A DNA stretch of 64,000 nt from Nitrospirota bacterium (GCA_021828375.1 JAKARS010000001.1:27822-91821); one strand, 5' to 3'; numbered from the stretch's first letter, positions 35,746-48,133 are shown. The notes: a model not told the origin generated them from the sequence alone. Translations and numbers: made by a program.

Positions 35746-38700
35746 TATGTCGCATGATGAATTAGATAATCTTCCCGGCGGGCAAGACTTAGCCATTATA
35801 GACCCTGCCAACTCCCCCGATGCTATTATGGCTGATTCGCCAACATATTCCTCCGAGAGAGGTCGCCATCGAGATCTGGAAAAGGGAGATATTTTTCAAT
35901 CATTTGATTCAGATATGCTCTCTTTTTCTCAAATCAAGATTATGTTGGCATCCCCCGACAAAATAAGATCTTGGTCTCATGGAGAAGTGAAAAAGCCTGA
36001 AACCATAAATTACCGCTCCTTCAAACCAGAACGGGATGGACTTTTTTGTGCCAAAATATTTGGCCCTGTAAAGGATTGGGAGTGTAATTGCGGAAAATAT
36101 AAGCGCATGAAACACCGCGGGGTCATTTGTGACAAGTGTGGCGTTGAGGTTATTCAAAGTAAAGTTCGTCGCGAGCGGATGGGACATATTGAACTAGCCG
36201 CACCTGTCGCCCATATTTGGTTTCTTAAGGGATTGCCATCACGCATTGGTAACCTGCTTGACATGACGATAAAGGATTTGGACCAAATCCTTTATTTTGA
36301 ATCATATGTTCTGACGGATCTTGGCTCTGTTATCTCAGATATCGACCAGGTAAAGAATAAGACGATCCTTGATCTCATTTCTCAAAAAAACTTTCGCCAT
36401 CTTTATATGAATGCCAATGGCAGCACTGAAGATGTCAGTGGCGAGCAGATTTCTGCCACCTTCTTTAAAGAGCGTGACACAACTCCTGTGTTCATTCTGC
36501 AGGATAAAGATCTTTCGACCATTGATGCTTTGATTTCTGATCAGGCGAATTCGGACTCCTCTTCGAAGAAAAAAAAGAAAATTGAGAATGAGGAAACACA
36601 AAAGAATATTCTAAAGTTTAAGACAAGACAGCTTCTTGCTCTTGATTACTACTCTTCTCAGACAGGTGAACTCCTTTCTCGCGGAGGCTCTCGTATCCAA
36701 GAGCTCTCCACTGAAAACGGAGCGATTTTCGTTCTTCTTCCAGAGGAGGCCTTCACTCAGATTATTAAGACAATAGCTGAATCTGAGAAAAGGAGAGAGG
36801 AAATTCTTTCCTCTTTTGCTAAGCACCGCCCAATTGTGAAGGAAGAGTTTGATCGCCTTAAGAGGGAATTCCCCACATCAAATTTAAAGGGAGAGATAGG
36901 TGCTGAAGCTATTCGCTCTCTCCTTCGAAATCTCGATATGGAAAAGTTGGCGCTGGATCTTCAGGAGCAAATGCTAGATCCTGCAGTGAGTGCTGCCACT
37001 AAGAAAAAACATGCCAAGAGACTCAAGATTGTTGAAGCTTTCAGAAAATCGGGAAACCTGCCGGAATGGATGATCCTTGATGTTATTCCTGTCCTTCCTC
37101 CAGATCTAAGGCCATTGGTTCCCTTGGACGGGGGACGATTTGCAACTTCTGACCTGAATGATCTTTACCGACGAGTTATTAATAGGAATAACCGTCTTAA
37201 GAGATTGCTCGATGTTTCTTCTCCTACCCCTCAGCTAATTATTCATAATGAAATCAGGATGCTGCAGGAAGCAGTCGATGCTCTCTTCGACAACGGTCGC
37301 AGGGGACGTGTCATTAGGGGGGCCAATAGACGGCCTTTAAAATCCCTGTCTGACATGCTTAAAGGAAAACAAGGGAGATTCCGTCAGAATCTCTTAGGAA
37401 AACGTGTTGATTACTCGGGCCGTTCAGTGATTGTTATCGGGCCAGAGCTGAAGCTCAGTCAATGTGGACTTCCTAAAAAAATGGCCCTTGAACTTTTTAA
37501 GCCATTTATATTTCAGAAACTCGAAGAAAGAGGCCTTGTTAATAATATTAAAACGGCCAAAAAGAGAGTTGAGGGAGAAGACCCAATTGTATGGGATATT
37601 CTAGATGAGGTCATCAGAGAGCACCCGGTGTTGCTGAACCGCGCCCCGACACTTCATCGTCTGGGTATTCAAGCATTCGATCCTGTTCTTGTGGAAGGTA
37701 AAGCTATTAGACTTCATCCCCTAGTCTGTGCAGCTTTTAATGCAGACTTCGATGGAGATCAAATGGCGGTTCACGTCCCTCTGTCAATCGAATCTCAGCT
37801 CGAAGCCCGTGTCCTTATGATGTCAGTCAACAATGTCCTTTCACCGGCAAATGGGAAGCCAATTATGGTTCCTACCCAGGATATGGTTATCGGTTGTTAC
37901 TATTTGAGCAAGGAAAAGGCAGGAGAAAAAGGAAATGGAATGCATTTCTCCTCGCCTCAGGAGGTCCGAATAGCCTATGACACAGGGCAAGTCGGTCTCC
38001 ATGCCAAGATCAATGTTCGGATGAAGACCAGTGATGGATCTTTGAAAAAAGTTGAAACAACGGTTGGCAGAATCTTGTTTTCAGAAATTCTTCCTGCCCA
38101 GATTCCCTTTTCTGAGATTAATAGGGAACTCAATAAGAAAGTTCTGACGAATCTAATAGATTTTTGCTATAGGAATGCAGGAAGGAAAGAAACGGTCACT
38201 TTCCTTGACAACATAAAGCAATATGGATTTCTGTTTGCAACAAAATCTGGACTGTCCATTGCTATTGGTGATATGAGAATCCCTGCCCACAAGTCATTAA
38301 CCATTGAGAAGGCTAATGAAGAAATTCAGGAAATTCAGTCCCAGTATAATGATGGTTTGATTACGGCAGGAGAGCGTTATAACAAAGTCATCGACAAATG
38401 GGCCCAAATCACAGAACATGTCGCAGATGAAATGATGAAGGAGCTAAAGGACGAGGAAGCTTCTGTTAAAGAGGGGCGAAGTTCTGGAGATTTTAACTCC
38501 ATCTATATGATGGCCGACTCTGGCGCAAGAGGATCTGCTCAGCAGATTCGCCAGCTGGGCGGTATGCGTGGACTGATGGCAAAGCCATCGGGAGAAATTA
38601 TTGAAACTCCAATTACTGCTAATTTCCGAGAAGGTCTTAGCGTTCTCCAGTACTTTATCTCTACACATGGAGCTCGCAAGGGATTAGCGGACACCGCACT

Positions 38701-40462
38701 TAAGACGGCCAATTCCGGATATTTGACGCGACGTCTTGTTGATGTTGCCCAGGACGTCATTATTACGGAAGAAGACTGCGGAACTATGAATGGAATTGAT
38801 GTCACGGCCTTGGTTGAAGGTGGAGAAACAATCGAGCCGCTCGAAGAGAGAATTCTCGGGCGGGTTTCTTCGGAAGATTTGTATGCTCCCAGATCCTCTG
38901 GGAAGAATAAGTCTTCAAAGCCCGAATTGCTTCTTCGTGCAGGACAGGAAATTAATGAAGAAGAAGTCGATAAGATAAAAGAGTCAGGGATTGACATTAT
39001 TAAAATTCGCTCAGTGTTGACCTGCCAATCTAAGCGAGGAGTGTGTGCTGCTTGTTACGGTCGTGATCTCAGTCGAGGCAAACGTGTTGAGCTGGGAGAA
39101 GCCATCGGTATTATCGCCGCTCAGTCAATTGGAGAACCAGGAACTCAGTTGACGATGCGAACCTTCCATATCGGTGGTACCGCACAGGTAGGAAAACAGT
39201 CAGTTCATGAGGCGAAGAGAGATGGGCTTGTTCGCTACGATAATTTGACGACTGTTAAGAATAATGAAAACTCCAACATTGCCATGTCAAAGAATGGGAA
39301 GATCGTTATCATTGATGACGATGGCAGAGAAAAAGAGCGCTATTCAGTTGTGTATGGAGCAAAGCTTTTGGTTGAGAATGGACAGAGAGTTACCATAGGG
39401 GCAAAGCTTGTAGAATGGGATCCCTTTTCGACTCCTATCATTACTGAGGTGGAGGGCGTTTGCAATTTCAAGGATGTGATTGATCGACAGACCCTAAAGG
39501 AAGAAATTGATGAAATCTCCGGACTCAAAAGTCGCGTGATCATTGATTCAAAACAAAACCTTCGTCCTCGTCTGGAAGTTAGAGAAACTGGAACAAAGAG
39601 CCGAAGGGAATACCCACTTCCAACGGGTGCACATATTCTTGTCGAAGAAAAATCTACCGTCTATCCGGGTGATGTCCTTGCCAAGATTCCTAGAGAATCA
39701 ACAAAGACGAAAGATATTACGGGAGGTCTCCCGAGAGTAGCAGAGCTATTTGAGGCGAGGAAACCCAAAGAACAAGCCATTATCACCGAGATCGAAGGAA
39801 CTGTTACCTTTGCGAACACTAAGCAGTCTAGAGGAACGCGAACGGTCAAGGTTGTCAATGATCTTGGTGAAGAAAAGGAATATATCATTCCCAAAGGAAA
39901 ACATGTAAGCGTTCATGAAAATGATTGGGTGGAGGCTGGAGAGCCTCTTATGGATGGATCAGTCAATCCACACGATATCCTTACCGTTTTAGGACCTCAA
40001 AACCTGATGTCTTACCTTGTCAATGAAGTTCAGGAGGTTTATCGCCTTCAGGGAGTAGGGATAAACGATAAGCATATTGAGGTAATCGTACGTCAAATGC
40101 TTCGTAAAATCAGAATAGACGATCCTGGTGAGTCATTTTTCATGGTAGGGAGCCAAGTCGATAGAGGCGTTTTTGATGAAGAGAATGAACGACTAATCGC
40201 TGAAGGCAAAAGGCCTGCAAGTGGAAGCCCATTATTACTTGGAATCACAAAGGCAGCCCTTTCTACTGAAAGCTTTATCTCAGCTGCATCCTTCCAGGAA
40301 ACAACGAGGGTGTTGACTGAAGCGGCAATAAATGGAAAGACCGATGACCTTCAAGGCCTCAAGGAAAATGTCATCGTAGGAAGACTAATTCCTGCTGGAA
40401 CAGGATTCCCTAAGTTTAGGAAAACCTATATTCCTCTCGAAGGAGAATCGGAAGTATCTTGA
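35738..40462 (+). CDS. rpoC: DNA-directed RNA polymerase beta' subunit (1574 aa)
   Basis: Zn-binding [15 protein letters not shown], the active site NADFDGDQM, and trigger-loop/SI3-type sequence. AGGAG RBS lies 7 nt before ATG 35738, and the gene overlaps rpoB by 8 nt. Confidence 0.97.
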   Translation: MTDMSHDELDNLPGGQDLAIIDPANSPDAIMADSPTYSSERGRHRDLEKGDIFQSFDSDMLSFSQIKIMLASPDKIRSWSHGEVKKPETINYRSFKPERDGLFCAKIFGPVKDWECNCGKYKRMKHRGVICDKCGVEVIQSKVRRERMGHIELAAPVAHIWFLKGLPSRIGNLLDMTIKDLDQILYFESYVLTDLGSVISDIDQVKNKTILDLISQKNFRHLYMNANGSTEDVSGEQISATFFKERDTTPVFILQDKDLSTIDALISDQANSDSSSKKKKKIENEETQKNILKFKTRQLLALDYYSSQTGELLSRGGSRIQELSTENGAIFVLLPEEAFTQIIKTIAESEKRREEILSSFAKHRPIVKEEFDRLKREFPTSNLKGEIGAEAIRSLLRNLDMEKLALDLQEQMLDPAVSAATKKKHAKRLKIVEAFRKSGNLPEWMILDVIPVLPPDLRPLVPLDGGRFATSDLNDLYRRVINRNNRLKRLLDVSSPTPQLIIHNEIRMLQEAVDALFDNGRRGRVIRGANRRPLKSLSDMLKGKQGRFRQNLLGKRVDYSGRSVIVIGPELKLSQCGLPKKMALELFKPFIFQKLEERGLVNNIKTAKKRVEGEDPIVWDILDEVIREHPVLLNRAPTLHRLGIQAFDPVLVEGKAIRLHPLVCAAFNADFDGDQMAVHVPLSIESQLEARVLMMSVNNVLSPANGKPIMVPTQDMVIGCYYLSKEKAGEKGNGMHFSSPQEVRIAYDTGQVGLHAKINVRMKTSDGSLKKVETTVGRILFSEILPAQIPFSEINRELNKKVLTNLIDFCYRNAGRKETVTFLDNIKQYGFLFATKSGLSIAIGDMRIPAHKSLTIEKANEEIQEIQSQYNDGLITAGERYNKVIDKWAQITEHVADEMMKELKDEEASVKEGRSSGDFNSIYMMADSGARGSAQQIRQLGGMRGLMAKPSGEIIETPITANFREGLSVLQYFISTHGARKGLADTALKTANSGYLTRRLVDVAQDVIITEEDCGTMNGIDVTALVEGGETIEPLEERILGRVSSEDLYAPRSSGKNKSSKPELLLRAGQEINEEEVDKIKESGIDIIKIRSVLTCQSKRGVCAACYGRDLSRGKRVELGEAIGIIAAQSIGEPGTQLTMRTFHIGGTAQVGKQSVHEAKRDGLVRYDNLTTVKNNENSNIAMSKNGKIVIIDDDGREKERYSVVYGAKLLVENGQRVTIGAKLVEWDPFSTPIITEVEGVCNFKDVIDRQTLKEEIDEISGLKSRVIIDSKQNLRPRLEVRETGTKSRREYPLPTGAHILVEEKSTVYPGDVLAKIPRESTKTKDITGGLPRVAELFEARKPKEQAIITEIEGTVTFANTKQSRGTRTVKVVNDLGEEKEYIIPKGKHVSVHENDWVEAGEPLMDGSVNPHDILTVLGPQNLMSYLVNEVQEVYRLQGVGINDKHIEVIVRQMLRKIRIDDPGESFFMVGSQVDRGVFDEENERLIAEGKRPASGSPLLLGITKAALSTESFISAASFQETTRVLTEAAINGKTDDLQGLKENVIVGRLIPAGTGFPKFRKTYIPLEGESEVS

Positions 40463-40539
40463 CTTATTTTAGTTTGATCAATAGAATGACAAGGTTCGCT
40501 TTTTGCGGAGCCGAATTTGGAAAAATGGAGGAAAGCTAA

Positions 40540-40914
40540 GTGCCGACTATTAATCAGCTTGTTCGCAGCGGTAGAAAAAAGATCCAAGATAAAAGCAAAA
40601 GCCCTGCGTTGACAAGGTGTCCCCAAAGGCGCGGAGTTTGCGTTAGGGTTTATACTACAACCCCGAAGAAGCCAAACTCGGCTCTTCGTAAGGTTGCCCG
40701 TGTTCGGATGACCAATGGGTTTGAAGTGACTGCATATGTCCCAGGTATTGGACACAACTTGCAAGAGCACTCGATTGTTCTTGTGAGAGGTGGTCGTGTC
40801 AAGGATCTTCCTGGCGTTAGATATCATATTGTCCGTGGAGCGCTAGATGCGGCTGGGGTGGCAAATCGGAAGAAGAGCCGCTCAAAGTACGGATCGAAAA
40901 AAGCCAAGGCGTAA
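40540..40914 (+). CDS. rpsL: 30S ribosomal protein S12
   Basis: [14 protein letters not shown]... GTG start after a GGAGG RBS. Confidence 0.97.
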   Translation: MPTINQLVRSGRKKIQDKSKSPALTRCPQRRGVCVRVYTTTPKKPNSALRKVARVRMTNGFEVTAYVPGIGHNLQEHSIVLVRGGRVKDLPGVRYHIVRGALDAAGVANRKKSRSKYGSKKAKA

Positions 40915-40958
40915 TTCTCGCCGAGAACGATTGACTCAAAAATTCTGGAGTGTCTTAG

Positions 40959-41432
40959 ATGCCGCGTAGATCTAATCAGGTAAATCGCCGAGAGGTTTTG
41001 CCAGATGCAAAGTTTAATAGCCGTCTGGTTTCTAAAATGATCAATACCCTCATGAAGCAGGGGAAAAAATCTACGGCTGAGAATGTCTTTTACGCCTCCA
41101 TGGATATTGTGACAACGAAGGTGGGGCCGGACCCTCTTAAGGTTTTTAAGCTTGCGGTTGATAATGTCAAGCCACTCTTGGAGGTCAAGTCTCGGCGCGT
41201 CGGCGGTGCCTCTTACCAGGTTCCTGTAGAGGTAAGGCCGAATCGACGGATATCCTTGGCTCTCCGCTGGATGGTGAGTGGGGCTAAATCGCGCGCCGGA
41301 CATTCGATGGAAGAAAAGCTTGCTGCAGAAATCATAGACGCATCGAATAATGTTGGGTCCTCTGTTAAGAAACGCGAAGATACTCATCGGATGGCGGAAG
41401 CTAACAAAGCGTTTGCGCATTATAAGTGGTAG
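40959..41432 (+). CDS. rpsG: 30S ribosomal protein S7
   Basis: MPRRSNQVNRREVLPDAKFNS... Confidence 0.97.
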   Translation: MPRRSNQVNRREVLPDAKFNSRLVSKMINTLMKQGKKSTAENVFYASMDIVTTKVGPDPLKVFKLAVDNVKPLLEVKSRRVGGASYQVPVEVRPNRRISLALRWMVSGAKSRAGHSMEEKLAAEIIDASNNVGSSVKKREDTHRMAEANKAFAHYKW

Positions 41433-41442
41433 GAGGAATTAG

Positions 41443-43518
41443 GTGACTCGGCAGTATTCCCTTGAAAAGACTCGCAATATCGGTATCATGGCCCATATTG
41501 ATGCGGGAAAGACCACGACGACGGAACGCATCCTTTTTTATACAGGCGTCGTTCATCGTATGGGAGAAGTTCATGAGGGCAACACCGTCATGGATTGGAT
41601 GGACCAGGAGCGGGAGCGGGGAATTACCATTACATCTGCTGCCATCACTACAGTGTGGAAAGATCATCGCGTAAATATAATTGATACCCCTGGTCATGTC
41701 GATTTTACGATCGAAGTTGAGCGATCTCTACGGGTCCTCGACGGAGCAATTGCCCTTTTTGATTCAGTCCAAGGGGTAGAGCCCCAGTCCGAAACTGTGT
41801 GGCGACAGGCTGACAAATATCGTGTTCCCCGTATCGCTTTTATGAATAAGATGGATCGCGTTGGTGCAGACTTTTATGCATCGGTTGCCACAATGGTCGA
41901 CCGTCTTAAGGCCAACCCTATTCCTATTCAGATACCAATCGGTTCTGAGGATAATTTTTCTGGCGTTGTCGATCTCGTAACAATGAAAGCTATTATTTAT
42001 AGCGATCCGACCGGAATGCGCTTTGATGTTGTAGAGATCCCAGAAGACTTCAAGGAAGAAGCTTCTAAGTACCGAGAAATGCTTTTAGAGTCAATTTCAA
42101 TGCATGACGATTCCATCACTGAAAAAATCTTGGGTGAAGAGGAAATTACTTCCGAGGAAATTGTCAAAGTTCTTCGGAAAATAACGATTGAGATGAAGGG
42201 AACTCCAGTCCTTTGTGGCTCAGCCTTTAAAAACAAGGGTGTTCAGCAGCTTCTTGATGCTGTGCTCGCATATCTTCCAAGTCCATTAGATGTCCCTGAT
42301 GTTATAGCAATTAATCCGTCGGATAAATCAGAGACAGTAAGAATGTGTAATGATAACGCACCTTTTTCTGCATTGGCTTTTAAGATTATGACGGATCCAT
42401 TTGTCGGGCAGTTAACTTTTTTCCGTGTGTACTCAGGAAGAGTTGATGCCGGTTCTTATGTTTACAACTCAACGCGTCAAGGGCGTGAACGAATTGGTCG
42501 AATCCTTAAAATGCATGCCGATAAGCGAGAGGATATTAAAGAAGTTTATGCTGGTGATATTGCAGCAGCTGTTGGTTTGAAAAATACTCTGACAGGAGAT
42601 ACGCTTTGCGACGAAAATAACCCAGTTCTTCTCGAGGTTATTGAATTTCCTGATCCGGTTATTTCTGTTGCAATTGAACCTAAGACTAAAGGTGATCAAG
42701 AAAAACTTGGCCTCTCCCTCGGGAGACTCGCGCAGGAGGACCCATCTCTCAGGGTCTCTAGCGATGAGGAAACTGGACAAACAATTATTTCCGGTATGGG
42801 CGAGCTTCACCTAGAGATTATAGTTGATCGTCTGAAGCGTGAGTTTAAGGTTGATGCAAATGTAGGTAAACCACAGGTTGCATATCGTGAAACCATTACC
42901 CAAAAAGTCGAAATCGAAGGAAAATATATTCGCCAGACAGGCGGTCGTGGTCAGTATGGACACGTTGTTTTTGAGCTAGAACCATTAGAGCGTGGCTCAG
43001 GATTTATCTTTGAAAATAAGATTGTTGGCGGGGTTGTTCCGAAAGAATATGTTCCAGCCATTGAAAAAGGGGTGGTTGAGGCGATGGCAGGTGGCGTTTT
43101 AGCGGGCTTTCCAATCGTCGACATGAAAGTTGCTCTTACCTTTGGGTCCTACCATGATGTGGACTCCTCTGAAATGGCCTTTAAGATAGCTGCTTCTATG
43201 GCTCTTAAAGATGGTGTTCGAAAGGCTGGAGGGGTAATTCTTGAACCAATCATGAACGTAGAGGTTGTTGTTCCAGAGGAATATCTTGGGGACACCATGG
43301 GTGACTTAAGTAGTCGACGAGGTAAAATTATTGGCATGAATGCTCGTGCCGGCGCTCAAGTTATTGATGCTCACGTTCCTCTTGCCTCAATGTTTGGGTA
43401 TGCGACAGATCTTCGCTCTATGACCCAAGGAAGAGGCATTTTCACCATGCTTCTAGCCTACTATGAACCGGCTCCGAAGAATGTGGCAGACGAAATCATC
43501 GAGAAGTCTAAGGCCTAA
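41443..43518 (+). CDS. fusA: Elongation factor G
   Basis: [40 protein letters not shown] start after an AGGAGG RBS. Confidence 0.97.
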   Translation: MTRQYSLEKTRNIGIMAHIDAGKTTTTERILFYTGVVHRMGEVHEGNTVMDWMDQERERGITITSAAITTVWKDHRVNIIDTPGHVDFTIEVERSLRVLDGAIALFDSVQGVEPQSETVWRQADKYRVPRIAFMNKMDRVGADFYASVATMVDRLKANPIPIQIPIGSEDNFSGVVDLVTMKAIIYSDPTGMRFDVVEIPEDFKEEASKYREMLLESISMHDDSITEKILGEEEITSEEIVKVLRKITIEMKGTPVLCGSAFKNKGVQQLLDAVLAYLPSPLDVPDVIAINPSDKSETVRMCNDNAPFSALAFKIMTDPFVGQLTFFRVYSGRVDAGSYVYNSTRQGRERIGRILKMHADKREDIKEVYAGDIAAAVGLKNTLTGDTLCDENNPVLLEVIEFPDPVISVAIEPKTKGDQEKLGLSLGRLAQEDPSLRVSSDEETGQTIISGMGELHLEIIVDRLKREFKVDANVGKPQVAYRETITQKVEIEGKYIRQTGGRGQYGHVVFELEPLERGSGFIFENKIVGGVVPKEYVPAIEKGVVEAMAGGVLAGFPIVDMKVALTFGSYHDVDSSEMAFKIAASMALKDGVRKAGGVILEPIMNVEVVVPEEYLGDTMGDLSSRRGKIIGMNARAGAQVIDAHVPLASMFGYATDLRSMTQGRGIFTMLLAYYEPAPKNVADEIIEKSKA

Positions 43519-43554
43519 TTACCTTTCTTAATTATTACATTTTAGGAGTGAGTC

Positions 43555-44761
43555 AATGGCAAAAGCAAAATTCGAGAGAACAAAGCCGCATCTGAATATC
43601 GGAACGATCGGACACGTGGACCATGGGAAGACGACCTTAACCGCAGCGATTACGCGGGTTCTGGCAGCGAACAAGATGGCCGAGTTTCTGGCGTATGACA
43701 TGATCGACAAGGCCCCGGAAGAGCGGGAGCGTGGGATTACGATTGCCATTGCCCATGTGGAGTATCAGACCGCGAACCGGCACTATGCGCATGTGGATTG
43801 CCCGGGACACGCCGACTACGTGAAAAATATGATCACGGGAGCGGCGCAGATGGACGGAGCGATTCTGGTGGTTTCGGCGGCGGATGGTCCGATGCCCCAG
43901 ACGCGGGAACACATTCTGCTGGCGAGACAGGTGGGCGTCCCCTATATCGTCGTCTTCCTGAACAAGGTTGACATGGTGGATGATCCCGAGCTTCTGGAGC
44001 TGGTGGAGCTGGAAGTGCGTGAGCTCTTGTCGAAGTATGAGTTTCCTGGGGATGAGATTCCGATCACCCGAGGATCGGCACTGAAGGCCCTGGAGTGCGG
44101 ATGTGGGAAGCGGGAGTGTCCGGCGTGTTCCCCGATCCTCAAGCTGATGGATTCAGTGGATGAGTATATTCCGACCCCTGTTCGTGATGTGGAGAAACCC
44201 TTTTTGATGCCTGTTGAAGACGTGTTCTCAATCAGCGGCCGTGGGACGGTGGTGACGGGCCGGGTGGAAAGAGGCGTAGTGAAGGTCGGAGACGAGATCG
44301 AGATCGTGGGAATTCGGGACACCCAGAAGACTGTTGTGACGGGGGTTGAAATGTTCCGGAAGGTCCTGGACTCCGGTCAGGCGGGAGACAATGTGGGGCT
44401 TCTTCTGAGAGGAACAAAGAAGGAAGATGTGGAGAGAGGAATGGTCCTGTCGAAGCCGGGATCCATCACTCCGCACACAGAGTTTGAGGCTGAGGCCTAT
44501 ATTCTGACCAAGGAAGAGGGCGGGAGACATACCCCCTTCTTCAATGGATACCGTCCTCAGTTTTATTTCCGGACCACCGATGTGACAGGCGTTGTGACGC
44601 TGAATGAAGGTGTCGAGATGGTGATGCCTGGAGATAATATTCGGGTAAAGGTGAAGTTGATCACTCCGATCGCGATGGAAGATGGTCTTCGCTTTGCGAT
44701 TCGGGAAGGCGGACGGACTGTCGGTGCCGGTGTTATCTCCAAGGTCATCCTTTAAATACTG
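43555..44761 (+). repeat. 1207-bp direct repeat, copy 2
   Basis: See copy 1. It is apparently identical in sequence, 17,497 nt downstream. Confidence 0.9.
43556..44755 (+). CDS. tuf: Elongation factor Tu (copy 2)
   Basis: The protein is identical to copy 1. It sits in the canonical str-operon position after fusA. Confidence 0.98.
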   Translation: MAKAKFERTKPHLNIGTIGHVDHGKTTLTAAITRVLAANKMAEFLAYDMIDKAPEERERGITIAIAHVEYQTANRHYAHVDCPGHADYVKNMITGAAQMDGAILVVSAADGPMPQTREHILLARQVGVPYIVVFLNKVDMVDDPELLELVELEVRELLSKYEFPGDEIPITRGSALKALECGCGKRECPACSPILKLMDSVDEYIPTPVRDVEKPFLMPVEDVFSISGRGTVVTGRVERGVVKVGDEIEIVGIRDTQKTVVTGVEMFRKVLDSGQAGDNVGLLLRGTKKEDVERGMVLSKPGSITPHTEFEAEAYILTKEEGGRHTPFFNGYRPQFYFRTTDVTGVVTLNEGVEMVMPGDNIRVKVKLITPIAMEDGLRFAIREGGRTVGAGVISKVIL

Positions 44762-44775
44762 GAGCAAGAATCGTC

Positions 44776-45078
44776 ATGGATAAAATTAGGATTCGTCTTA
44801 AAGGTTATGATTTCAGAATTCTTGATCAATCACTTGTTGATATTGTTTCTACTGCCAAAAGGACCGGGGCTACCATTAAGGGTCCAATTCCTCTTCCTAC
44901 AAGAATAGAAAAATTCACTGTATTACGTTCCCCTCATGCGGATAAGAAATCCCGTGAGCAATTTGAACGTCGTACCCACAAACGTTTGATTGATATTATT
45001 GAGTCGACACCTGAGACTATTGATGCACTCATGAAGCTTGAGCTTCCGGCGGGCGTCGATGTCGAAATCAAGCTTTAG
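44776..45078 (+). CDS. rpsJ: 30S ribosomal protein S10
   Basis: [19 protein letters not shown]... It starts only 20 nt after tuf. Confidence 0.96.
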   Translation: MDKIRIRLKGYDFRILDQSLVDIVSTAKRTGATIKGPIPLPTRIEKFTVLRSPHADKKSREQFERRTHKRLIDIIESTPETIDALMKLELPAGVDVEIKL

Positions 45079-45087
45079 GAGAATCCA

Positions 45088-45702
45088 GTGAATTCCATTA
45101 TTGGCGAAAAAGTCGGCATGACACAAATCTATCTTCCAAATGGTAAGTCTATTCCTGTTACCGTTGTTAAGGTAGGACCTTGTGAAGTAATCCAAGTGAA
45201 AACAAAGGAGAAAGATCGCTACTCCGCTGTTCAACTCGGTTACGGAATTGTCAAACCAGTCTCTTTAAATAAACCCTTACGCGGCCATTTCCAAAAATAC
45301 TCCCAAAACACCTATCGTACTATCCGCGAAGTTGTCATTTCCGGCGATCCACCAGCTTCAGGCTCTATTTATGGAGCAGATTTCTTCAAGCCAGGAGAAC
45401 TTGTAAGTGCCACAGGAATGACAAAAGGAAAAGGCTTTGCGGGTGTTATGAAAAGACATCATTTCCGTGGAGGAGACGCTACTCATGGATCTATGTTCCA
45501 TCGTGAACCTGGCTCCATCGGCTCTTCTGCTTATCCTTCCCGTGTTCTAAAAAATAAAAAGCTTCCTGGCCACATGGGTCATAAGAATGTAACGATAAAA
45601 AACCTCGAAGTCGTAGAAGTTAAAGCAGAGGCAAATCTTGTTTTACTTAAGGGCGCTGTTCCAGGTCACCCTGGCACAATTCTGGTTTTTAAAAAAGATT
45701 AA
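45088..45702 (+). CDS. rplC: 50S ribosomal protein L3
   Basis: IGEKVGMTQIY...; FAGVMKRHHFRGG. GTG start after an AGGAG RBS. Confidence 0.95.
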   Translation: MNSIIGEKVGMTQIYLPNGKSIPVTVVKVGPCEVIQVKTKEKDRYSAVQLGYGIVKPVSLNKPLRGHFQKYSQNTYRTIREVVISGDPPASGSIYGADFFKPGELVSATGMTKGKGFAGVMKRHHFRGGDATHGSMFHREPGSIGSSAYPSRVLKNKKLPGHMGHKNVTIKNLEVVEVKAEANLVLLKGAVPGHPGTILVFKKD

Positions 45703-45717
45703 TTTAAAGGACGAAAT

Positions 45718-46350
45718 ATGAACATCCCAGTTCTTTCCTCTGATGGAAAATCCTCTTCATCAATCGCCATTGACTCAGAGGTTACGCAAGATTCTTTCAA
45801 TAAAGGAATTGTACACGAAATAACTACGATGGAACTCGCCGGTATGCGAGCGGGAACTTCCTCAACCAAGACCCGAGGAGAGGTTTCCGGTGGTGGAAAA
45901 AAGCCTTATCGTCAAAAAGGAACTGGCCGTGCCCGTCAAGGATCGTCTCGTGCTCCTCAATGGCGGGGTGGGGCAATCATTTTCGGACCTCGTCCTCGCA
46001 ATTATTTTTATAAGCAGCCCTCAAAGAAGATCCTAAAGGCATTGCGCGAGGCATTACTCGTCCGTATTTCTGAAAATAAGGTTAGCATCATTCCGAATCT
46101 TGAGAGCGAAACACTTAAAACAAAGAAATTCGTAGACCTTCTCAAAAAATATAATACAACTCCTGGCTATCAAAATATTTTAATTATTTCTGAAGAGCTT
46201 GATGAAAACACATGGCTGTCCTCTAGGAATATTCCTGGACTAACTATCCTTCCGTCTACAGCCGTGACTGCTCTGTACATGGTTTTTACAGATGTTGTTT
46301 TGGTGGCAGAAGATTCACGTGAATGGCTTGAACAGTTACTGAAAGGGTAA
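45718..46350 (+). CDS. rplD: 50S ribosomal protein L4
   Basis: GGGKKPYRQKGTGRARQGS.RAPQWRGGA..FGP. Confidence 0.95.
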   Translation: MNIPVLSSDGKSSSSIAIDSEVTQDSFNKGIVHEITTMELAGMRAGTSSTKTRGEVSGGGKKPYRQKGTGRARQGSSRAPQWRGGAIIFGPRPRNYFYKQPSKKILKALREALLVRISENKVSIIPNLESETLKTKKFVDLLKKYNTTPGYQNILIISEELDENTWLSSRNIPGLTILPSTAVTALYMVFTDVVLVAEDSREWLEQLLKG

Positions 46351-46353
46351 AAC

Positions 46354-46641
46354 ATGGACATTTCAGATGTTCTTATTCGCCCAATACTTTCCGAAAAATC
46401 GGATAGGGTGCGTGAAAAAAATTCAGTTTATCTCTTTCATGTTTATAGAAAAGCTAACAAGATTCAAATTCAAAAAGCGATTGAGTCAATTTTCAACGTA
46501 AAAGTTGAGTCTGTACGGACTGTTGTTCGAAAGGGAAAGGCTAAAAGAATCGGGATTGTTAAAGGAAGTCTTCCTGATCGAAAACGAGCCTATATAACCT
46601 TAAAAGATGGTTTCAAGCTTGATATTTTTGAGGGAGCCTAA
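46354..46641 (+). CDS. rplW: 50S ribosomal protein L23
   Basis: L23-like sequence at the expected position in the S10 gene order. Confidence 0.93.
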   Translation: MDISDVLIRPILSEKSDRVREKNSVYLFHVYRKANKIQIQKAIESIFNVKVESVRTVVRKGKAKRIGIVKGSLPDRKRAYITLKDGFKLDIFEGA

Positions 46642-46643
46642 TA

Positions 46644-47465
46644 ATGGGAATTAAAACTTACAATCCAGTTCCCCAGTCAAGCCGGTATAAAACTGGATAT
46701 ACTTTTGAAGAATTAACAAGGGAAAAACCTTACAAGCCCTTGACTACCTCCAAAAAGTCTTCTGGTGGTAGAAATAACATTGGAACCCTGACCTCACGTC
46801 ATCGTGGAGGTGGCCATAAAAGAGCTTATCGGCTAATCGACTTTAAACGTACCAAAGATTCTATACCTGCTAAGGTCGAGTCGATTGAATATGATCCTAA
46901 TCGATCTGCACGCATTGCACTCATTTGCTATGCGGATGGTTCAAGGTCATATATTCTTGCTCCTATCGGGTTAAATGTAAATGATACTGTAGTTTCAGGT
47001 ATTGGAGCTGATATTCGACCTGGCAATGCATTGGAAATAATGCAGATTCCTCTCGGAACACTCGTTCATAACATTGAGTTTAAAATAGGTGCTGGCGGCA
47101 AGATTGCCAGATCTGCAGGAGCCTATGCTCAAATCTTGGGAAGAGAAGGCGATTGGGTTATAATCAAGCTTTCGTCTGGCGAAACAAGAAAAATTCACGG
47201 CCGCTGCAGAGCAACTATTGGCCAAGTTGGTAATATCGAACATGAAAATATCTCAATCGGTAAAGCTGGAAGGTCAAGATGGATGGGAAAACGCCCGCAT
47301 GTTCGTGGTGTTGCCATGAATCCTGTGGATCATCCCCTAGGAGGAGGAGAAGGAAAGTCATCGGGTGGACGGCATCCTTGTTCTCCTTGGGGCCAGCCTT
47401 CCAAAGGATTTAAAACTCGTCATAACCCTAAGACAGATCGATTCATCATTCGACGTAGAAAGTAA
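46644..47465 (+). CDS. rplB: 50S ribosomal protein L2
   Basis: [20 protein letters not shown]; [17 protein letters not shown]. Confidence 0.97.
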   Translation: MGIKTYNPVPQSSRYKTGYTFEELTREKPYKPLTTSKKSSGGRNNIGTLTSRHRGGGHKRAYRLIDFKRTKDSIPAKVESIEYDPNRSARIALICYADGSRSYILAPIGLNVNDTVVSGIGADIRPGNALEIMQIPLGTLVHNIEFKIGAGGKIARSAGAYAQILGREGDWVIIKLSSGETRKIHGRCRATIGQVGNIEHENISIGKAGRSRWMGKRPHVRGVAMNPVDHPLGGGEGKSSGGRHPCSPWGQPSKGFKTRHNPKTDRFIIRRRK

Positions 47466-47477
47466 AAGGAATTTCCT

Positions 47478-47762
47478 ATGCCAAGATCAATTAAAAAAGG
47501 CCCTTTTATTGATGCATCTCTCCTTGAGAAAGTTGAGAAATCTATTTCTCTTGGAGAAAAAAAGATGATTAAGACATGGTCTCGCCGTTCTATGATTATT
47601 CCCGAAATGATCGGCTTTACCTTTTCCGTTCACAATGGGAAGAAATTTATCCCTGTTTATGTGACTGAAAACATGGTTGGTCATAAACTAGGGGAATTTT
47701 CTCCTACGCGTTTGTTTAAAGCCCATGGCGGGTCCAAGGTCGAAAAATCCTCCAAACGCTAA
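47478..47762 (+). CDS. rpsS: 30S ribosomal protein S19
   Basis: [12 protein letters not shown]...; [24 protein letters not shown]. Confidence 0.97.
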   Translation: MPRSIKKGPFIDASLLEKVEKSISLGEKKMIKTWSRRSMIIPEMIGFTFSVHNGKKFIPVYVTENMVGHKLGEFSPTRLFKAHGGSKVEKSSKR

Positions 47763-47788
47763 ACAAGCAAAGATTTGAAAGGTAAACA

Positions 47789-48133
47789 ATGTCAACTGCA
47801 GGTGAGGCGGTAGCTAAAAATAGATTCATAAAGATTTCCCCGAGGAAAGTTCGATTTGTTATTGACGCAATTCGTGGAATGGATGTTGTAAAGGCCCAGT
47901 CTTACCTCACCTTTACTCGCCGCGGCCCAGCCCCGATTGTTCTTAAAACATTGAACTCAGCCGTCAGCAATGCTCAACAGAAATTTTTGGGAGAGTCAAA
48001 AGATTTAAAAATTGAAAAGATTTTTGTAGATCAGGGTCCTATCATGAAACGGATTCAAGCTCGTGCTATGGGTCGTGCATATTCCATTAAGAAAAGAATG
48101 TCGCATCTTACAATTGTTCTCACGCGCAAATAG
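47789..48133 (+). CDS. rplV: 50S ribosomal protein L22
   Basis: [15 protein letters not shown]...; position in the gene order. Confidence 0.95.
   Translation: MSTAGEAVAKNRFIKISPRKVRFVIDAIRGMDVVKAQSYLTFTRRGPAPIVLKTLNSAVSNAQQKFLGESKDLKIEKIFVDQGPIMKRIQARAMGRAYSIKKRMSHLTIVLTRK

Noticed and set aside
40463-40539. Possible terminator after rpoC (ggttcgc-ttttt-gcggagcc).
   Set aside because: The stem needs a bulge and a wobble pair and has no T-tract, which is too weak to call.
45672-45688. Sigma-54-like TGGCAC motifs, for example ctggcacaattctggtt at 45672 and tggcacagcagcttcc near 11173.
   Set aside because: The -12 TTGC element is missing at the required spacing, and both sites lie inside coding sequence.
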